DNA of 63,801 bases, counting the filler. It is 6 parts of 6 records of this genome, joined end to end, with 100 filler letters (N's around TTAATTAATTAA, not from the genome) between each part and the next. Parts side by side here need not be neighbours in the genome. Positions count along the whole stretch, not along the records: positions 12,942 to 35,918 come from DRR723986_19986; 5 more parts are not named here. One strand, 5' to 3'. A program made the position numbers and the translations under genes. The notes beneath the pieces were generated by a model that made no database searches, had not been told where the DNA came from, and saw nothing but the letters and a program-made list of their open reading frames with translations. Positions 19,024 through 28,459 of the stretch are shown one piece after another (position 1 is the stretch's first letter; every line of letters starts with the position of its first letter).

Positions 19024-19054
19024 ACCCTGACTTCGCAAGATGTCAGGGTTTTTT
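19024..19054 (+). terminator. Rho-independent terminator after rplT
   Basis: ACCCTGAC-10 nt-GTCAGGGT followed by a T run. Confidence 0.85.
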
Positions 19055-19107
19055 ATTTTCTTAATTTTGCAAAGGTTACTTCTGAAAGATTCAGTATTAT
19101 TAATTAA

Positions 19108-20001
19108 ATGGTCGGTAAAGAAAAATATTTCAAAATTTTAGGGATAAAACCCACTACCGATCAAAAGCAAATAAAGAAGGCTTACCGCAGGCAAGCACTC
19201 AAATTTCATCCTGACAAAAACAAATCTCCTGATGCTCACTACCATTTCATTCTCATAACAGAGGCTTATGAAGTGTTGTCAGGTCAAAGAAGAATTAAAA
19301 CTTCTGGAAAATCTACCTACCGACCTAAAACGAAGGAAGAAATTCTTGCAGAAAAAGTGCGTCAAGCAAAAGAACGCTGGCAGAAACAACAAGAAGAAGA
19401 AGCCCAAAAAGATCGCGAGTACTATCAAAAAATTGCTTTCGGATGGAAATGGAGAATCTTTCAAATTTTCGCTGTGTACACTGCCATCTTCTCCACTTTA
19501 TTAACTGTAGATTATTTTCTTGATGGTGAAGAAGTATGCGTTACCACTGAAGCCAATCCAGACTTTTTTGACCGTGTGCTAAAAATCAGAGATGAAAAGT
19601 TTGTCGTTGATCATGATGATTATTGGTTTGGACCTTCTAGTACCCCACCAATACGAGGAACTTATAGTTATTTATTTCATGACTTAAAAGCGGTGAGTGT
19701 CATTACCAATTACGATCCAAAATATAAATTCGGCTCGCATTCATCCAAATTAAACAAATACGACTACTTTGAAAATTGGGAGACTTACAAAGTCATGTCC
19801 TTCAGTTCTGTTTATGGCGCATTCCCTCTACTTCACATGGTTTTCATGGTCCCACTTATGCTGGTTTTGTTCAAACGACCAAATTTACGTTTTTCAGTTT
19901 GGAGATTGGCTTCTATGTGGATCATCTACCCTACAATACTATTTTTCACTTTTTCTAATGACCGCATCTTTTACCTTATCGATTTAATTATAGGTAATTA
20001 A
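19108..20001 (+). CDS. J-domain (DnaJ-like) membrane protein
   Basis: YFKILG...IKKAYRRQALKFHPDKN...ITEAYEVLS; about three hydrophobic helices downstream; TAATTTTG at 19062. Confidence 0.8.
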   Translation: MVGKEKYFKILGIKPTTDQKQIKKAYRRQALKFHPDKNKSPDAHYHFILITEAYEVLSGQRRIKTSGKSTYRPKTKEEILAEKVRQAKERWQKQQEEEAQKDREYYQKIAFGWKWRIFQIFAVYTAIFSTLLTVDYFLDGEEVCVTTEANPDFFDRVLKIRDEKFVVDHDDYWFGPSSTPPIRGTYSYLFHDLKAVSVITNYDPKYKFGSHSSKLNKYDYFENWETYKVMSFSSVYGAFPLLHMVFMVPLMLVLFKRPNLRFSVWRLASMWIIYPTILFFTFSNDRIFYLIDLIIGN

Positions 20002-20044
20002 GTGGTATAGTTCAAACATTAATTTAAAAGACCTATTTTTGAAT

Positions 20045-20908
20045 ATGAAGAATTTACTGACTATTACCCTACTAGCATTGTTTTCTTTTTCTGGTTTAGC
20101 TAAAGACCTTAAAGCTTATCAAATTTTCAATTCAGAAGGTAAAGCTGTGGACATTGATAAAATCATGAAAGATGCAGCTGAGAAGAAATTCATCTTCTTT
20201 GGAGAACTGCACAATAACCCAATCTGTCACTGGCTGCAGTTAGAATTAACAAAACGACTATATTCAGTAAATAAAAAACGATTAGTGCTTGGAGCCGAAA
20301 TGTTTGAAGCAGACAATCAATTCATTATTGACGAATATTTTAAAGGATTAATCTCAACTAAAAATTTTCAAGATGAAGTGAGATTATGGTCAAACTACAA
20401 TACCGACTATAAACCACTCCTTGAATTTGCTAAGGCAAAAGGTCTTCCGTTTATTGCTACCAACATTCCAAGACGTTATGCAAGTACCGTTTACAAACAA
20501 GGTTTAGACTCCCTTAATAACTTGAGTGATTTGGCTAAATCATTCATGGTACCGCTAGACGGGTTCGAGATAGACACATCAGTTGAATGTTATGGTAAAA
20601 TGGTAACCGAATTTGGAGATCATGGTGGAATAGAAATCGCTACAGCTCAAGCTATTAAAGACGCTACAATGGCATACTTCATCCTTAAAAACAGAGATAA
20701 TAGGTCAGTTTTTGTTCACTTTAATGGCGCATACCACTCTGATAATTATCAGGGAATCGTTCATTATTTGCTGAAAGAGATTGAAAAAGAGAAAATTCTG
20801 ACAATCACATCTGTAGAACAATCAGCAATTGAAAAGCTGAATGACGAAAATAAAGGACTTGCTGATTTTATCATCTGTATACCAGAGTCAATGACTAAAA
20901 CTTACTGA
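20045..20908 (+). CDS. ChaN/TIKI-like exported protein (putative haem-binding uptake family)
   Basis: Signal peptide; FGELHNN, GAEMFE, YKPL, ATNIPR, QAIKDATMA, NGAYHS. Confidence 0.75.
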   Translation: MKNLLTITLLALFSFSGLAKDLKAYQIFNSEGKAVDIDKIMKDAAEKKFIFFGELHNNPICHWLQLELTKRLYSVNKKRLVLGAEMFEADNQFIIDEYFKGLISTKNFQDEVRLWSNYNTDYKPLLEFAKAKGLPFIATNIPRRYASTVYKQGLDSLNNLSDLAKSFMVPLDGFEIDTSVECYGKMVTEFGDHGGIEIATAQAIKDATMAYFILKNRDNRSVFVHFNGAYHSDNYQGIVHYLLKEIEKEKILTITSVEQSAIEKLNDENKGLADFIICIPESMTKTY

Positions 20909-21468
20909 TGCCAATAATAGATATCATACAACCAGAAGATGCCACAGGCGAATTGAAAGCAATCTATGAAGATCTAATCAAATCGAGAGGCAAGATTGCC
21001 GAGGTGCACAAAATTCAAAGTCTCAATCCAAAATCTATTGTGAATCATATGGATTTGTACATGACGCTTTTGTACGGTAAGAGCCCAATAAAAAGAGTAT
21101 TGCGAGAAATGATCGCCGTGGTAGTATCCAAAGCTAATGAATGCCAATATTGTCAAGTCCATCATTTAGAAGCTGTCAATCACTATTGGAAAGATGATCA
21201 AAAAGCCGCAGAATTTCTAGCGGATTACAATAAGGTAATATTAACAGATGTTGAAAAAGCTTATTGCGATTTCGCAAAACAACATACCCTAACACCAGGG
21301 AAAAGCACAACTTTAATTATTGAAAAATTAAAGTCATTAGGTGAATCCGATCGCGCAATTCTAGACGCAACAATGATCATTGGCTATTTCAATTTCGTGA
21401 ATCGCATAGTAGCAGGTCTTCAAATTGAACTAGAAAAAGAAGGCGCTGGAGGATATAAATTCGAATAA
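20908..21468 (+). CDS. AhpD/carboxymuconolactone decarboxylase-family peroxidase-related protein
   Basis: REMIAVVVS..NECQYCQVHH and FNFVNR. Confidence 0.85.
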   Translation: MPIIDIIQPEDATGELKAIYEDLIKSRGKIAEVHKIQSLNPKSIVNHMDLYMTLLYGKSPIKRVLREMIAVVVSKANECQYCQVHHLEAVNHYWKDDQKAAEFLADYNKVILTDVEKAYCDFAKQHTLTPGKSTTLIIEKLKSLGESDRAILDATMIIGYFNFVNRIVAGLQIELEKEGAGGYKFE

Positions 21469-21491
21469 CAGCTTGACTTAAGATTAAGTGT

Positions 21492-21499
21492 TAAATTTG
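21492..21499 (+). promoter_or_regulatory. Bacteroidota -7 promoter element for the Kir-queE run
   Basis: TAAATTTG, 10 nt before the ATG at 21510. Confidence 0.5.
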
Positions 21500-21509
21500 T
21501 AAAGCACTT

Positions 21510-22427
21510 ATGAGCAATGAAATCAACGATCCCGGTATAGGTACAAAATTTGACGAAAACGTTCGCCGAATAATCAATTCTGATGGGACCTATAATATTC
21601 TTAGAAAGGGTTCCAGAAGTGGCGTCCGCGATATTTTTAAATATCTTGTTGAGATCTCTTGGACAAAGTTTTTCCTCATTTTATTCTCGACCTACATTAT
21701 TTTAAACTTGGTTTTCACCCTTATTTATCTTGCTTGTGGATTTGAGAACATTGCCGGTATTGACCCTGCTGAAGGTCCTATTTTCTTTCAAGCCTTCTTC
21801 TTCTCTATTCAAACTTTTACTACGGTAGGATATGGAACACTTGCTCCTTTGGGAGTTCTCACGCAATCGGTTGCCGCGGTTGAGGCATTTTTCGGTTTCA
21901 TGTCTTTCTCATTAGCAACTGGACTTTTATGGGGCCGTTTTGCGCGTCCTCAGGCACGCATGGCATTTGCAGATCATTTTGTATACTCGAAGTATGAAGA
22001 CGCGTATAGTTTTAAATTCAAATTAACCAATTTGAGAGATGTTGTTCTTCAAGATGTCGAAGCCAAAGTCATTGTGATGTTCAATAAAAAGAATGAAAAT
22101 GGTGATACCACACGGCAGTATTACCAACTACCACTTACCATGAATCGGATTGAAATAATGGCCTTGACTTGGACTTTGGTGCATAAAATTGACGAATCCA
22201 GTCCTTTCTGGAATCAATCAAAAAAGGATATCATTAATTTAAACCCAGAATTCTTATTACTTGTTAACGGATTTGATGAAATTTATTCTGAACGAACAAG
22301 GTCAAGAAAATCATATATTGCCAACGATATTATTTGGAATAAGAATTTTGCCACCATTTTTAAATCCAGAAAAGACGGGGTAGTTGAAATGGATGTGCGT
22401 GATATAAACAAAGTAATTGATGAGTAA
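21510..22427 (+). CDS. Inward-rectifier potassium channel (KirBac-like)
   Basis: Two TM helices around FFSIQTFTTVGYG, then RFARP and WTLVHKIDESSP. Confidence 0.9.
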   Translation: MSNEINDPGIGTKFDENVRRIINSDGTYNILRKGSRSGVRDIFKYLVEISWTKFFLILFSTYIILNLVFTLIYLACGFENIAGIDPAEGPIFFQAFFFSIQTFTTVGYGTLAPLGVLTQSVAAVEAFFGFMSFSLATGLLWGRFARPQARMAFADHFVYSKYEDAYSFKFKLTNLRDVVLQDVEAKVIVMFNKKNENGDTTRQYYQLPLTMNRIEIMALTWTLVHKIDESSPFWNQSKKDIINLNPEFLLLVNGFDEIYSERTRSRKSYIANDIIWNKNFATIFKSRKDGVVEMDVRDINKVIDE

Positions 22428-23022
22428 GCAAATACCTTTAATGGAGGATTTTTATTCACTGCAAGGTGAAGGATTTCATAGTGGACGTGCCGCTTATTTT
22501 ATTCGAGTTGCGGGATGTGATGTAGGATGCTCATGGTGTGATGTAAAAGAATCTTGGGATAAAAACGTCCATCCTGAAGTAGCCATTGATCAAATTATTA
22601 ATCGTGTAAAAAAATCAGGAACGGATTTTGCAGTTATCACTGGTGGAGAACCAGGAATGTATGATTTAACTGAGCTGACAAATGCCTTAAAGGCTGAAAA
22701 TATTGAAATTGCCATTGAAACTTCAGGGGCTTATCCATTGATCGGTCAATTTGATTGGATTTGTTTATCACCGAAGAAATTTAAAATGCCGCTGGAAGAA
22801 AATTATGCCTTAGCGCAGGAATTAAAAATGATTATATTTAACAAGCATGATTTTAAATGGGCTGAAGAACTCAGACAAAAAGTTTCTGATCAATGCAAAT
22901 TATACATGCAGCCAGAATGGGACAAAAGCGAAGAAATGTTACCATTAATGGTGAAATACGTTAAAGACAATGTAAACTGGAATGTGTCACTCCAAACACA
23001 CAAATTTTTGAACATTCCTTAA
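22420..23022 (+). CDS. queE: 7-carboxy-7-deazaguanine synthase (radical SAM)
   Basis: FYSLQGEG, RVAGCDVGCSWCD, TGGEP, IETSG, SPK, SLQTHK. Confidence 0.93.
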   Translation: MSKQIPLMEDFYSLQGEGFHSGRAAYFIRVAGCDVGCSWCDVKESWDKNVHPEVAIDQIINRVKKSGTDFAVITGGEPGMYDLTELTNALKAENIEIAIETSGAYPLIGQFDWICLSPKKFKMPLEENYALAQELKMIIFNKHDFKWAEELRQKVSDQCKLYMQPEWDKSEEMLPLMVKYVKDNVNWNVSLQTHKFLNIP

Positions 23023-25083
23023 ATGAAAAAAATGCGAAATACCCTTACATTATTATTTGCAATATTATTGGCCTCTTGCAGCATTGCGCAGCCAGGACAA
23101 TATGATACTAAAGACAAAAAAGCCATTAAATGTTTTGATGCTGCCTTAGCAAAATCACGTGAACTTAACCCTACAACAGGACGACCTAAATTTGATGAAG
23201 CAATCATCTTGTTAGACAAAGCAATAGATAGAGACCCACAGTTTTCAGATGCCTATATCTTAAAAGCTGATTTTCAAATGCGAATGGGTAGAACAACAGA
23301 AGCCATTGAAGCCTACCAAACCTTAGTTGAAATTGAAGGATTCTCTACCTCTACAGGATACGTATACTATGATTTGGCAGCCTTAGAATTATTAGAAGGG
23401 ATGTATGATGAGGCGCTAATTCATGCTAAAAAATACGCCACTTATAAAAATACCCCTCCTGAAATGAAGGCAGAGAATGATTGGACCATAAAAACCTGTG
23501 AATTCGCAATTGAGGCCAAAAAAAATCCAGTACCTTTCGACCCAGTCAATGTGGGGTCTGGTGTGAACACTTCAGATCCAGAATATTTTCCAACACTTAC
23601 TGTTGAGCAGGATGAACTATTGTTTACTAGAAGAGTGACAAGTGCAACCGGAGCATGGCAAGAAGATTTCTTTATTTCTAAAGATTTAGACGGTTATTGG
23701 AATACTGGCCAACCCATGCCAAAAAACATCAATACTGCTTTTAATGAAGGGGCTCCTACATTTGCTCCGGATGGAAGAACCTTGATTTTTGTGGGCTGTG
23801 CAATAGACGGAGTCGGATACGGAAATGGTAGAAGAGGCTATGGAAGTTGTGATTTGTTTATCACTCAAAAAATTGGAAAAGATTGGTCTGATCCAATCAA
23901 TTTACCAGGTAACGTCAATTCCCAAAATTGGGAAACCCAACCTTCACTGTCTTCAGATGGTCAAACCTTGTATTTTATTAGAGGAACTATTAGAGGGGCT
24001 GGAGGAAGAAACCAAAGAAATGGCGATATTTTTGTTTCTAAATTACAAGAAGATGGCTCTTGGGGTAAACCCGAGAAACTGCCTCCTAATATTAACACAC
24101 CTTACTCAGAGGCTTCTGTATTAATACATCCAGATGGGAAAACACTCTACTTTTCATCAAATGGACACCTGGGAATGGGTGGGTATGATTTATACATGAC
24201 GACCCTGCAAGATGACAACACCTGGTCGGACCCAAAAAACTTGGGATACCCTATTAACACACATGATAATGAGAATTCATTATTAGTTTATGCTGACGGT
24301 GACTTAGCAGTTTTCGCTTCTGATAGACCCGGCGGCTTAGGTAGTTTAGACCTCTATCAATTTACATTGCCCGAAAGTGTTCAGCCTACTAAGACCATTT
24401 ATATGACCGGAACCGTTTTTGATGCGAATTCTGGCAAAAAATTACAGGCAGATTTTAGATTGGTAGACATTGAGACTGGTAAAGAAGTGGTTCGTTCATT
24501 ATCCGATCCATTAACAGGAGAATTCTTAGTTACCCTGCCAATCAACAAGCAATATGGCCTTTTTGTAAACCGAGATGGTTACCACCCCTACTCGGTTAAT
24601 TTTGACTTGAAAGTTCCTGAAAATTCAACAGAACCTTATCACAGAGATGTACCGCTTATTCCACTTAATGATAAAGGAGAAAATATTTTGGCTAATGTCC
24701 TTTTCGATTTAGATTCGGATAACTTGAGAAAAGAATCATTCGTAGAACTGGATCGTTTCGCTGATTTCTTGATTAACAAGCAGCCCAACATCAAAATAGA
24801 ACTACAAGGTCATACAGATGCACAAGGTGATGATGCCCACAACTTAGATCTATCTAAACGTAGAGCTCAATCTGTATTTGATTATTTGGTAAAAAAAGGA
24901 GTTCCTGCTGAACGGATGACGCATCAAGGTTATGGTGAAACCAAACCTTCAAGCTTTACTGAAGAGGTGACCGGAAAAAATATTGTGAGAACAGAGGAGT
25001 GGATCAATGCACTGCCAACGGAGAAAGAGAAGAAAGAGGCGCACCAACAAAACAGACGTACTGTATACGTGATAAAATCGTAG
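23023..25083 (+). CDS. TPR + PD40 + carboxypeptidase-regulatory-like + OmpA_C lipoprotein (PorE-like architecture)
   Basis: Lipobox LASC; TPR helices; repeated NLGxxINT/PxxSxDGxTLYF; GHTD...NLDLSKRRA...GYGE...NRR. Confidence 0.88.
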   Translation: MKKMRNTLTLLFAILLASCSIAQPGQYDTKDKKAIKCFDAALAKSRELNPTTGRPKFDEAIILLDKAIDRDPQFSDAYILKADFQMRMGRTTEAIEAYQTLVEIEGFSTSTGYVYYDLAALELLEGMYDEALIHAKKYATYKNTPPEMKAENDWTIKTCEFAIEAKKNPVPFDPVNVGSGVNTSDPEYFPTLTVEQDELLFTRRVTSATGAWQEDFFISKDLDGYWNTGQPMPKNINTAFNEGAPTFAPDGRTLIFVGCAIDGVGYGNGRRGYGSCDLFITQKIGKDWSDPINLPGNVNSQNWETQPSLSSDGQTLYFIRGTIRGAGGRNQRNGDIFVSKLQEDGSWGKPEKLPPNINTPYSEASVLIHPDGKTLYFSSNGHLGMGGYDLYMTTLQDDNTWSDPKNLGYPINTHDNENSLLVYADGDLAVFASDRPGGLGSLDLYQFTLPESVQPTKTIYMTGTVFDANSGKKLQADFRLVDIETGKEVVRSLSDPLTGEFLVTLPINKQYGLFVNRDGYHPYSVNFDLKVPENSTEPYHRDVPLIPLNDKGENILANVLFDLDSDNLRKESFVELDRFADFLINKQPNIKIELQGHTDAQGDDAHNLDLSKRRAQSVFDYLVKKGVPAERMTHQGYGETKPSSFTEEVTGKNIVRTEEWINALPTEKEKKEAHQQNRRTVYVIKS

Positions 25084-25090
25084 CCAAACC

Positions 25091-26113
25091 ATGACCCAGT
25101 TCATCCATTTTCTAAAATTAATACGTTTTGGAAACCTTGTGGTGATTGGTATGAGTATGTGCGTGGTTCAAGTGTTTATAGCCATTCATGGCAATTCAAA
25201 TGTGGGCAGCCAACTCTTACAACTATGGATTGCTGAAGACGCGGGTATTGTTCAAAAATGGATGCTGCCATTTAATCTCAATCTTAATTTCTTTCTCTTG
25301 GTCCTGTCAGTTCTTTTAATTGCTGGGGCAGGTAATATCATCAATGATTATTTTGACGTCAAGGCAGATCGTGTAAATAAACCTGAAAGGCTCATTGTTG
25401 GAAAATTCATAAAACGCAGATGGGCGATTATGCTCAACTGGATCTTCAATGCGACCGGATTAACTTTAGCCATTTATCTCTCTATTATTTATGGAAATTG
25501 GTTCATTGCCTTAATCGCATTTATCACCATCAATTTCCTTTGGTTTTATTCGGCTGTATATAAACGAAAACTATTTGTTGGAAATATTTTAGTGGCACTA
25601 ATGGTAGGAATTGTACCTCTCTATGTCATGATTTATAACTTCCCTTTTGACGGATACGCACTTAATATTCAAGACACCCAAAAACTTGGTAACTGGTTCA
25701 TTTATGAAGTAATTTTTATCATTTCAATCATAGCTTTTGTTATCAATTTAATGAGAGAAATTATTAAGGATATCGCTGACATTAGAGGAGATATGCACCT
25801 ATCAGCTAAAACCGTCCCCATTGCGCTTGGCATTAAAAGAACGAAATTAATTTTGCTCGTTATTACCATACCATTGCTCACCCTTATGGCCTTCTACACC
25901 TATAATATTCAATTTTATCATGCTACCAACCCAAATGCATTCGTACCTAAAAACTTAATGATCTTTAATGTACTTATCGCATTGAGCATGCTCTTATGCG
26001 TGGGCTCATACATTCTCTTGATATCTGCAAACAGGCGTAAAGTTTATTTATTGGCTTCTAATCTTTTAAAATTAGCCATGTTATTCGGCTTAATTTCTCC
26101 CCTATTTTTATAA
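25091..26113 (+). CDS. UbiA-family prenyltransferase (DGGGP synthase-like clade)
   Basis: GNIINDYFDVKADRVNKPER and REIIKDIADIRGD; multi-pass membrane protein. Confidence 0.85.
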   Translation: MTQFIHFLKLIRFGNLVVIGMSMCVVQVFIAIHGNSNVGSQLLQLWIAEDAGIVQKWMLPFNLNLNFFLLVLSVLLIAGAGNIINDYFDVKADRVNKPERLIVGKFIKRRWAIMLNWIFNATGLTLAIYLSIIYGNWFIALIAFITINFLWFYSAVYKRKLFVGNILVALMVGIVPLYVMIYNFPFDGYALNIQDTQKLGNWFIYEVIFIISIIAFVINLMREIIKDIADIRGDMHLSAKTVPIALGIKRTKLILLVITIPLLTLMAFYTYNIQFYHATNPNAFVPKNLMIFNVLIALSMLLCVGSYILLISANRRKVYLLASNLLKLAMLFGLISPLFL

Positions 26114-26117
26114 CACA

Positions 26118-26696
26118 ATGACTTTGAACTTATCAGACTACAACATAATATTGGCGTCAAAATCCCCTCGTAGACAAGAATTATTGAAAGGGTTGGATCT
26201 TAGCTTCGAAATTAGGTTGAAAGATATAGATGAACTCTACCCAAGTGACTTAAAGCCCGAATTGGTTCCAGAATATTTATCCAAACTCAAGGCATCAGCT
26301 TTTATAGATGAACTGAATCCTAAAGATTTACTCATTACGTCTGATACCATAGTCATTTTAGGAAATGAAATTCTTGAAAAGCCAAAATCAGAAGATGAAG
26401 CAATTAGTATGATTCGAAAAATGAGTGGAAAAACACATCATGTGGTCACTGGAGTGGCAATTACTAGTTCTGATAATCAAATCGTATTTTCTGACACAAC
26501 AGAAGTTACCTTTTCAGCATTATCGAACGAAGAAATTAAGTATTACGTTGCTAAATATCAGCCATATGATAAGGCCGGAGCCTATGGAGTGCAGGAATGG
26601 ATTGGCTATGTAGCTATAGAAAAATTGGTAGGCAGCTATTACAATGTAATGGGTTTACCAGTTCACAAATTATACACGGCACTTAAGCGCTTTTAA
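26118..26696 (+). CDS. maf: Maf-family nucleoside triphosphate pyrophosphatase
   Basis: LASKSPRRQELL, SDT, KP, DKAGAYGVQ, NVMGLP. Confidence 0.92.
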   Translation: MTLNLSDYNIILASKSPRRQELLKGLDLSFEIRLKDIDELYPSDLKPELVPEYLSKLKASAFIDELNPKDLLITSDTIVILGNEILEKPKSEDEAISMIRKMSGKTHHVVTGVAITSSDNQIVFSDTTEVTFSALSNEEIKYYVAKYQPYDKAGAYGVQEWIGYVAIEKLVGSYYNVMGLPVHKLYTALKRF

Positions 26697-26744
26697 TGTC
26701 TTTTGAATTGAAGATAATTGTAATTTTACAACTTTGATTGCCGT

Positions 26745-27341
26745 ATGAAGTACAACTTATCTGAAATATCTGATTTAATTAAAGATCGCCGGACCATAAC
26801 TCCAGAATTTTATTCTGATAGAAAAATCCATAGAGAACAGGTAGAAACAATACTAAACAACGCGATATGGGCTCCCAATCATGGCTCTACGCAACCTTGG
26901 CAATTCAAAGTGTTTTTAGGTGAAGGCAAACAAAAATTATCCGATTTTTTATCCAATTTGTACTCAGAGAAATTTACTGGGGATGATTTCAAGCAAATGA
27001 AATTCAATAAATTGAAAAACAGACCTATTTCATCAGGATGTGCAGTTGTTGCAGTTTCATTAAAACGTGATCCAGAAAGTAAAATCCTTGAACTTGAAGA
27101 AATTGAAGCAGTAGCCTGTGCTATTCAAAACATGTATTTAACCTGCACGGCATGGGGATTAGGAAGCTTTTGGTCAACGCCAAAGTTAATTTACACGGCC
27201 GAAATGCATTCATTTTTAGGACTGAAAGGAGATGACAAATGCTTGGGCTTGTTTTATATCGGATACCCTCAATCAGATTTTGAATGGCCTAAAGGTCATA
27301 GAAAACCAATCGAATACATGACAACATGGGTAGAAGAATAG
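26745..27341 (+). CDS. Nitroreductase-family protein (YdjA-like)
   Basis: RRT, APNH..TQPW.F, AIQNM.L...AWGLGSFWST, YIGYP. Confidence 0.87.
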   Translation: MKYNLSEISDLIKDRRTITPEFYSDRKIHREQVETILNNAIWAPNHGSTQPWQFKVFLGEGKQKLSDFLSNLYSEKFTGDDFKQMKFNKLKNRPISSGCAVVAVSLKRDPESKILELEEIEAVACAIQNMYLTCTAWGLGSFWSTPKLIYTAEMHSFLGLKGDDKCLGLFYIGYPQSDFEWPKGHRKPIEYMTTWVEE

Positions 27342-27715
27342 GTTTTTTAGGTTTAGTCAATTATAGGGTTCATCCCGGAGATAATCGCTACAAGGTGTTC
27401 AGCTTCTACTCAAAAGCTGAAGCAGATTTGTTTCAATCTGAATTGGAAGAGCGAAAAATTTGGTTTGAGGCCGACACCGAAGAGGTAAAAGAGGGGACGG
27501 TATATTTGTTTGGTGTAAAAAATACTGATTTTAATCGCGCTCAAAAAGCAAATTTTGTCGTATCGGCAAAATACAGAAACCCCATCATTAAAAACAAATT
27601 CTTAAGAATTGCGTTAATGACTTTGTTCTTTAGTTTGCTCACTTTGGCTATCGTTGGATATGTAAAGAATCAGCAAATCTTGAAAGAAAAAACTGAGGAA
27701 CTAGAAAACGAATAA
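27326..27715 (+). CDS. Hypothetical protein with a C-terminal membrane helix
   Basis: 129-aa ORF overlapping the nitroreductase stop; one TM segment. Confidence 0.65.
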   Translation: MGRRIGFLGLVNYRVHPGDNRYKVFSFYSKAEADLFQSELEERKIWFEADTEEVKEGTVYLFGVKNTDFNRAQKANFVVSAKYRNPIIKNKFLRIALMTLFFSLLTLAIVGYVKNQQILKEKTEELENE

Positions 27716-27728
27716 GCTATATTGCGGT

Positions 27729-28457
27729 ATGAATTGGACAAAAATCATGATCACCATTTGCTTGACCACAATGCTAAATACAGGTTATTGTCAAAAAGGT
27801 GTAACAACATTTGGTCTCCAATATAAGCCTATTTTACCCAATCGTTTTATCGGATTTTACGAAAAGGAGTTCAATGAGGATATTTTCGAATCAACAGTAA
27901 AACAAAAACTCGGTCATTCGGCTGGAATGCTTATCCGGATTGGCCTTTCTGATAGAATATCTTTAGAAACCGGTATCAATTTCACGCAAAGAAATTACCG
28001 ATTAAATTATGCCGTTCCAGATAGTGGATACGCTGCTACTGATCAAGTGCGTGTAATCAGTTATGAAGTCCCTGTATCTGGGCTCGTCTATATCCGCCTG
28101 GGTGATCAATTCTACATGAACACCTCTCTAGGTGCTGCTTTAACACTTTTTCCGTCAGACGTAAGAACAACTGAACCCATTGGACCGAATGAGCGTTTTC
28201 AACAAGAAGGTGCCTATAAATCCAAAGTTCAGGGAGCTATGCTCGCCAACATAGGTTTTGAGTACAGAACCAAATCTAAAGGTTACTGGTATATAGGGTC
28301 TTCTTACCACCTCCCCTTTTCAAATATCATGACCTTTGCCATGTCATATGAACGCTCTTCTGGATCTACAATCGCAATCGATAATATCACCGGAAGTTAC
28401 CTTACTTTAGATTTCAGATACTTTTTCCATGAAGCGAAACGAGGAGAGAAAGAGTAA
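27729..28457 (+). CDS. Outer-membrane beta-barrel protein
   Basis: Signal peptide; SLETGINF, YEVPV, terminal strand LTLDFRYFF. Confidence 0.65.
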   Translation: MNWTKIMITICLTTMLNTGYCQKGVTTFGLQYKPILPNRFIGFYEKEFNEDIFESTVKQKLGHSAGMLIRIGLSDRISLETGINFTQRNYRLNYAVPDSGYAATDQVRVISYEVPVSGLVYIRLGDQFYMNTSLGAALTLFPSDVRTTEPIGPNERFQQEGAYKSKVQGAMLANIGFEYRTKSKGYWYIGSSYHLPFSNIMTFAMSYERSSGSTIAIDNITGSYLTLDFRYFFHEAKRGEKE

Positions 28458-28459
28458 TA

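Noticed and set aside
22420..23022. queE as part of a 7-deazaguanine DNA-modification (Dpd) defence island
   Set aside because: No dpdA/tgt-like, queC, queD or folE genes nearby; the context is housekeeping and envelope genes
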